Part shown: positions 30,806 through 33,121 of the stretch, in pieces | Numbering within the stretch: position 1 is the first letter of the stretch | How the letters are laid out: each line of letters begins with the position of its first letter | NCBI GenBank assembly: GCA_905236195.1 | Contig: CAJOOX010000082.1 | Location: forward strand, 1 to 33,121 | Length of the DNA: 33,121 nucleotides | DNA from: an uncultured Bacteroidales bacterium | GTDB lineage: Bacteria; Bacteroidota; Bacteroidia; Bacteroidales; UBA3663 | Direction: 5' to 3' | Made by a program: the position numbers and the translations under genes | The notes under the pieces: generated by a model | Told to the model about the DNA's origin: nothing | Databases searched by the model: none | The model's input: only the letters and a program-made list of their open reading frames with translations

Positions 30806-31567
30806 TTATTTCTTAAGCAACATTTTCTGGAGCGACGTAGCTGTAAGATGTCGGTAAATCTTACCGCGCTGACATACGCTGATGTCGCCGGTCTCTTCAC
30901 TCACTACCACCACCCGTGCGTCACACTGTTCTGTCAGGCCGATAGCGGAACGGTGACGGAGTCCGAGGTCCTTGGGAATGTTGTTATTGTGGGACACGGG
31001 CAGAATACCCGCAGCCAGTTTGATTCGGTTGCTTTCCACAACCATCGCGCCGTCGTGCAGCGGGGTATTCTTATAGAATATCTGCTCAATGAGACGGGCA
31101 TTGACCTTGGCATCGATTTCGTCGCCAGAGGTGATGAAAGGCCTAAGGTCGTCCTCCTTCCGGATGACAATGAGGGCTCCGGTCTTCGACTCTGACATCT
31201 CGTTACAGGCCATCACAATCTCATCGACAGTCTGGAGGAATGCCTTGTGGTCGTCTTGTTCCTTCTGGAAATACTTCAGGAACGTGTGCCACTGCCGCCG
31301 TGAACCGAGTCTGATCAGGAACTGGCGTATCTCGTTCTGGAAGATGACCACCAGCACGATGAATCCCGCACCGACAATGGCATTGAGGATAGCTCCCAGC
31401 AGTCGCATTTTGAAGATTTGGCTCACAACAATCCAAGACACTAGCACGGCTACAATGCCCTGGAACAGCACCGTCGTGCCGCTCGATTTCATCTGCCTGT
31501 AGAGGTAGTACATCAGCATCGCTACCAGCAGTATGTCAATCGCATCTTTCAGACCGAATTCCCACAT
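30806..31567 (-). CDS. cdaA: Diadenylate cyclase (c-di-AMP synthase), membrane-bound CdaA type
   Basis: 253 aa with three N-terminal TM helices. The DAC domain carries DGAMVV and GLRHRSAIGLTE...VVVVSEETGDISV. Confidence 0.9.
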   Translation of the reverse strand: MWEFGLKDAIDILLVAMLMYYLYRQMKSSGTTVLFQGIVAVLVSWIVVSQIFKMRLLGAILNAIVGAGFIVLVVIFQNEIRQFLIRLGSRRQWHTFLKYFQKEQDDHKAFLQTVDEIVMACNEMSESKTGALIVIRKEDDLRPFITSGDEIDAKVNARLIEQIFYKNTPLHDGAMVVESNRIKLAAGILPVSHNNNIPKDLGLRHRSAIGLTEQCDARVVVVSEETGDISVCQRGKIYRHLTATSLQKMLLKK

Positions 31568-31580
31568 CTTATATTAGCTC

Positions 31581-32366
31581 TCAATGCTCAATGTTCAATT
31601 TTTCAAGAATCCTCACTGTTTCCACGGCCTCACGCACGTCGTGGACACGCAGCACGGAGGCTCCCGCCTGCAGAGCGGCCATATGGGCTGCCGTTGTGCC
31701 GTTGAGGGCTCGTTCGGGGTTGGTATTCAGCAACTTGTAAATCATGCTTTTGCGCGACAGCCCCACCAGCACAGGCGCGTCAAGGGCTGTTATCTTCCTG
31801 AGACCTCGCAGCAGATCCCAGTTCTCATCCAGCGTCTTGTTGAAACCGAAACCCGGATCAAGCCAGACCTCCCTTACGCCCATCGCCCTAAGTCTTTGCA
31901 GGCGGTCCGAAAGCCAGACAGCCACCCCCTCGGGGGTGTTGCTGCGGCCGGTCGGGTCGTTGTGCGTCAGCACATAACCCGCGCCCAACTTAGACGTCAT
32001 GAGATACATGCCCGTGTCGCCGCCCGAGATATCGTTTATGATACTGACACCCCAGTTGCTGACACATTCCATGGCCACCCCTTCCCTGAAGGTATCCACA
32101 CTCAGCCGAGCGTCGGGATACAGACTCCGGACCGTTGACAGGGCAATGCCGAGCCTGCGCATTTCTTCCGCCTCGCTCACGATTTCGGCACCCGGGCGTG
32201 TGCTGCACGCACCGATGTCGATGATGTCGCCGCCCTCTGCAAGTATCTGTTCTGCACGGGCAGCAACGGCGGCTTCCGTCTCTTGGCGCGACCTCGCGTA
32301 AAAGGAGTCGGGCGTGACGTTCAGAATGCCCATCACCTGCACTTTGTTTTGTTTCGTTGTCTGCAT
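31581..32366 (-). CDS. folP: Dihydropteroate synthase
   Basis: 261 aa with GILNVTPDSFY, DIGACSTRPG and the C-terminal LRVHDV motif. Confidence 0.95.
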   Translation of the reverse strand: MQTTKQNKVQVMGILNVTPDSFYARSRQETEAAVAARAEQILAEGGDIIDIGACSTRPGAEIVSEAEEMRRLGIALSTVRSLYPDARLSVDTFREGVAMECVSNWGVSIINDISGGDTGMYLMTSKLGAGYVLTHNDPTGRSNTPEGVAVWLSDRLQRLRAMGVREVWLDPGFGFNKTLDENWDLLRGLRKITALDAPVLVGLSRKSMIYKLLNTNPERALNGTTAAHMAALQAGASVLRVHDVREAVETVRILEKLNIEH

Positions 32367-32397
32367 CTAATTTGCCTGAAAAGTCATTTTGGCAGCA

Positions 32398-32405
32398 CAA
32401 AGTTA
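32398..32405 (-). promoter_or_regulatory. -7 promoter box TAACTTTG for the folP-cdaA-queDE operon
   Basis: TAnnTTTG match on the minus strand, 32 nt upstream of the folP ATG. Confidence 0.45.
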
Positions 32406-32480
32406 GCACAATTTCATGAAAAATGCAAACCGAAACGCATTTTTTTTGTTTTTTATGCGAATTATTTCAAAAAATATACC

Positions 32481-32488
32481 TATCTTTG
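32481..32488 (+). promoter_or_regulatory. -7 promoter box TATCTTTG for the NfeD-like gene
   Basis: Exact TAnnTTTG match on the plus strand, 31 nt upstream of the ATG at 32519. Confidence 0.5.
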
Positions 32489-32518
32489 TAGCGTAGTTTA
32501 CAAAACAATTACACTTTT

Positions 32519-33088
32519 ATGGACTTTATAAACTCTTTTTCAGACTTTCCCGGCGGCCTCCAATTCTATTGGATTGTAGCGCTTGCCGCATCAGTTGTTT
32601 TTGTCATTCAGGCGGTGATGACCTTCATCGGGTTTGACAGTGATGCCGACCTGGACGGCGGTGGTGCCGATTTCGATGCGGACGGATTCCATATCGTCTC
32701 GGTCAAGACGCTCACCTGCTTCCTCCTCGGCTTCGGCTGGACGGGCGTATTGTTCTGGAACCTGATTACCTCACGCTTGGCCCTGGGCTTCATCGCGGGG
32801 GCCGTGGGTCTGCTCTTCATGCTACTCATCGCCCTGTTGCTGCGCCAGGTGATGAGACTCAACAAGGACAACACCTTCAATGCGCGCCAGACGGTCGGCA
32901 TGTCGGCTGAAGTCTATCTGCGCATCCCGCCCAAACGCTCAGAGACCGGCAAGATTACCGTGTCTGTCAACGGCTCCATCCATGAACTCGAAGCGCTCAA
33001 TGCCAGCGATGAAATCATCCCAACCGGAGGCAAGGTCCGCATCGTCGATGTGGTCGAGGGCGACACAGTTCTGGTTGAGAAAATTTAG
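32519..33088 (+). CDS. NfeD/YqiJ-like membrane protein with C-terminal OB-fold
   Basis: 189 aa. It has 3 TM helices, an acidic loop (DSDADLDGGGADFDADG) and a C-terminal beta-rich segment (GKITVSVNGSIHELEA...GGKVRIVDVVEGDTVLVEKI), as in NfeD-type partners of SPFH/flotillin proteins. Confidence 0.6.
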   Translation: MDFINSFSDFPGGLQFYWIVALAASVVFVIQAVMTFIGFDSDADLDGGGADFDADGFHIVSVKTLTCFLLGFGWTGVLFWNLITSRLALGFIAGAVGLLFMLLIALLLRQVMRLNKDNTFNARQTVGMSAEVYLRIPPKRSETGKITVSVNGSIHELEALNASDEIIPTGGKVRIVDVVEGDTVLVEKI

Positions 33089-33094
33089 TCCGGC

Positions 33095-33121
33095 CCCCAT
33101 TAACCCCATTAACCCCATTAA
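33095..33121. repeat. Tandem 9-nt repeat CCCCATTAA x3, running into the window edge
   Basis: Three perfect copies at 33095-33103, 33104-33112 and 33113-33121. Confidence 0.85.

Noticed and set aside
1-33121. CRISPR arrays, large direct or inverted repeats, IS elements, integrases, toxin-antitoxin or known defence gene signatures
   Set aside because: No regularly spaced repeats were seen. No transposase, integrase or nuclease-like ORFs appear in the six-frame track. The only mobile-element trace is the intron remnant.

Overview
This 33.1-kb window looks like a chromosomal segment of a Bacteroidales (Bacteroidota) genome. The signs are many exact TAnnTTTG -7 promoter boxes, lipoprotein signal peptides, a hybrid two-component system (HTCS), an HmuY homologue and no Shine-Dalgarno use. 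Most genes are on the minus strand.

Gene content, left to right:
- A CapD-type polysaccharide dehydratase with a long leader.
- An uncharacterised envelope cluster: a TonB-dependent-like OMP plus an MG2/plug protein without a barrel, a PrsW-type protease, and a NapG/NapH-like Fe-S pair.
- A plus-strand rhamnogalacturonan module (PL11 lyase, GH105, RhaM).
- An HTCS regulator with a periplasmic sugar-binding sensor, a secreted protein with two TonB-C domains, and a GH43.
- A roughly 440-nt remnant of a group IIC intron behind the terminator of a Zn-peptidase gene.
- YgiQ and tRNA-Val(TAC).
- A lipoprotein-hmuY-TonB receptor heme operon.
- A long housekeeping operon (folP-cdaA-queD-queE-CNNM/GldE-like-PPTase).
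- An NfeD/YqiJ-like gene.

There are no rRNA genes, CRISPR arrays, intact transposases, integrases or phage genes. I did not find a convincing new defence-type multigene system.

The most unusual observations:
1. The decayed IIC intron.
2. An HTCS that lacks both the ATP-lid Asn and the phospho-acceptor Asp.
3. An Fe-S, PrsW, OMP and plug-only cluster with no catalytic partner.
4. Several candidate regulatory RNAs and motif clusters in intergenic regions.

All homology calls come from motif recognition by eye. No searches were run.
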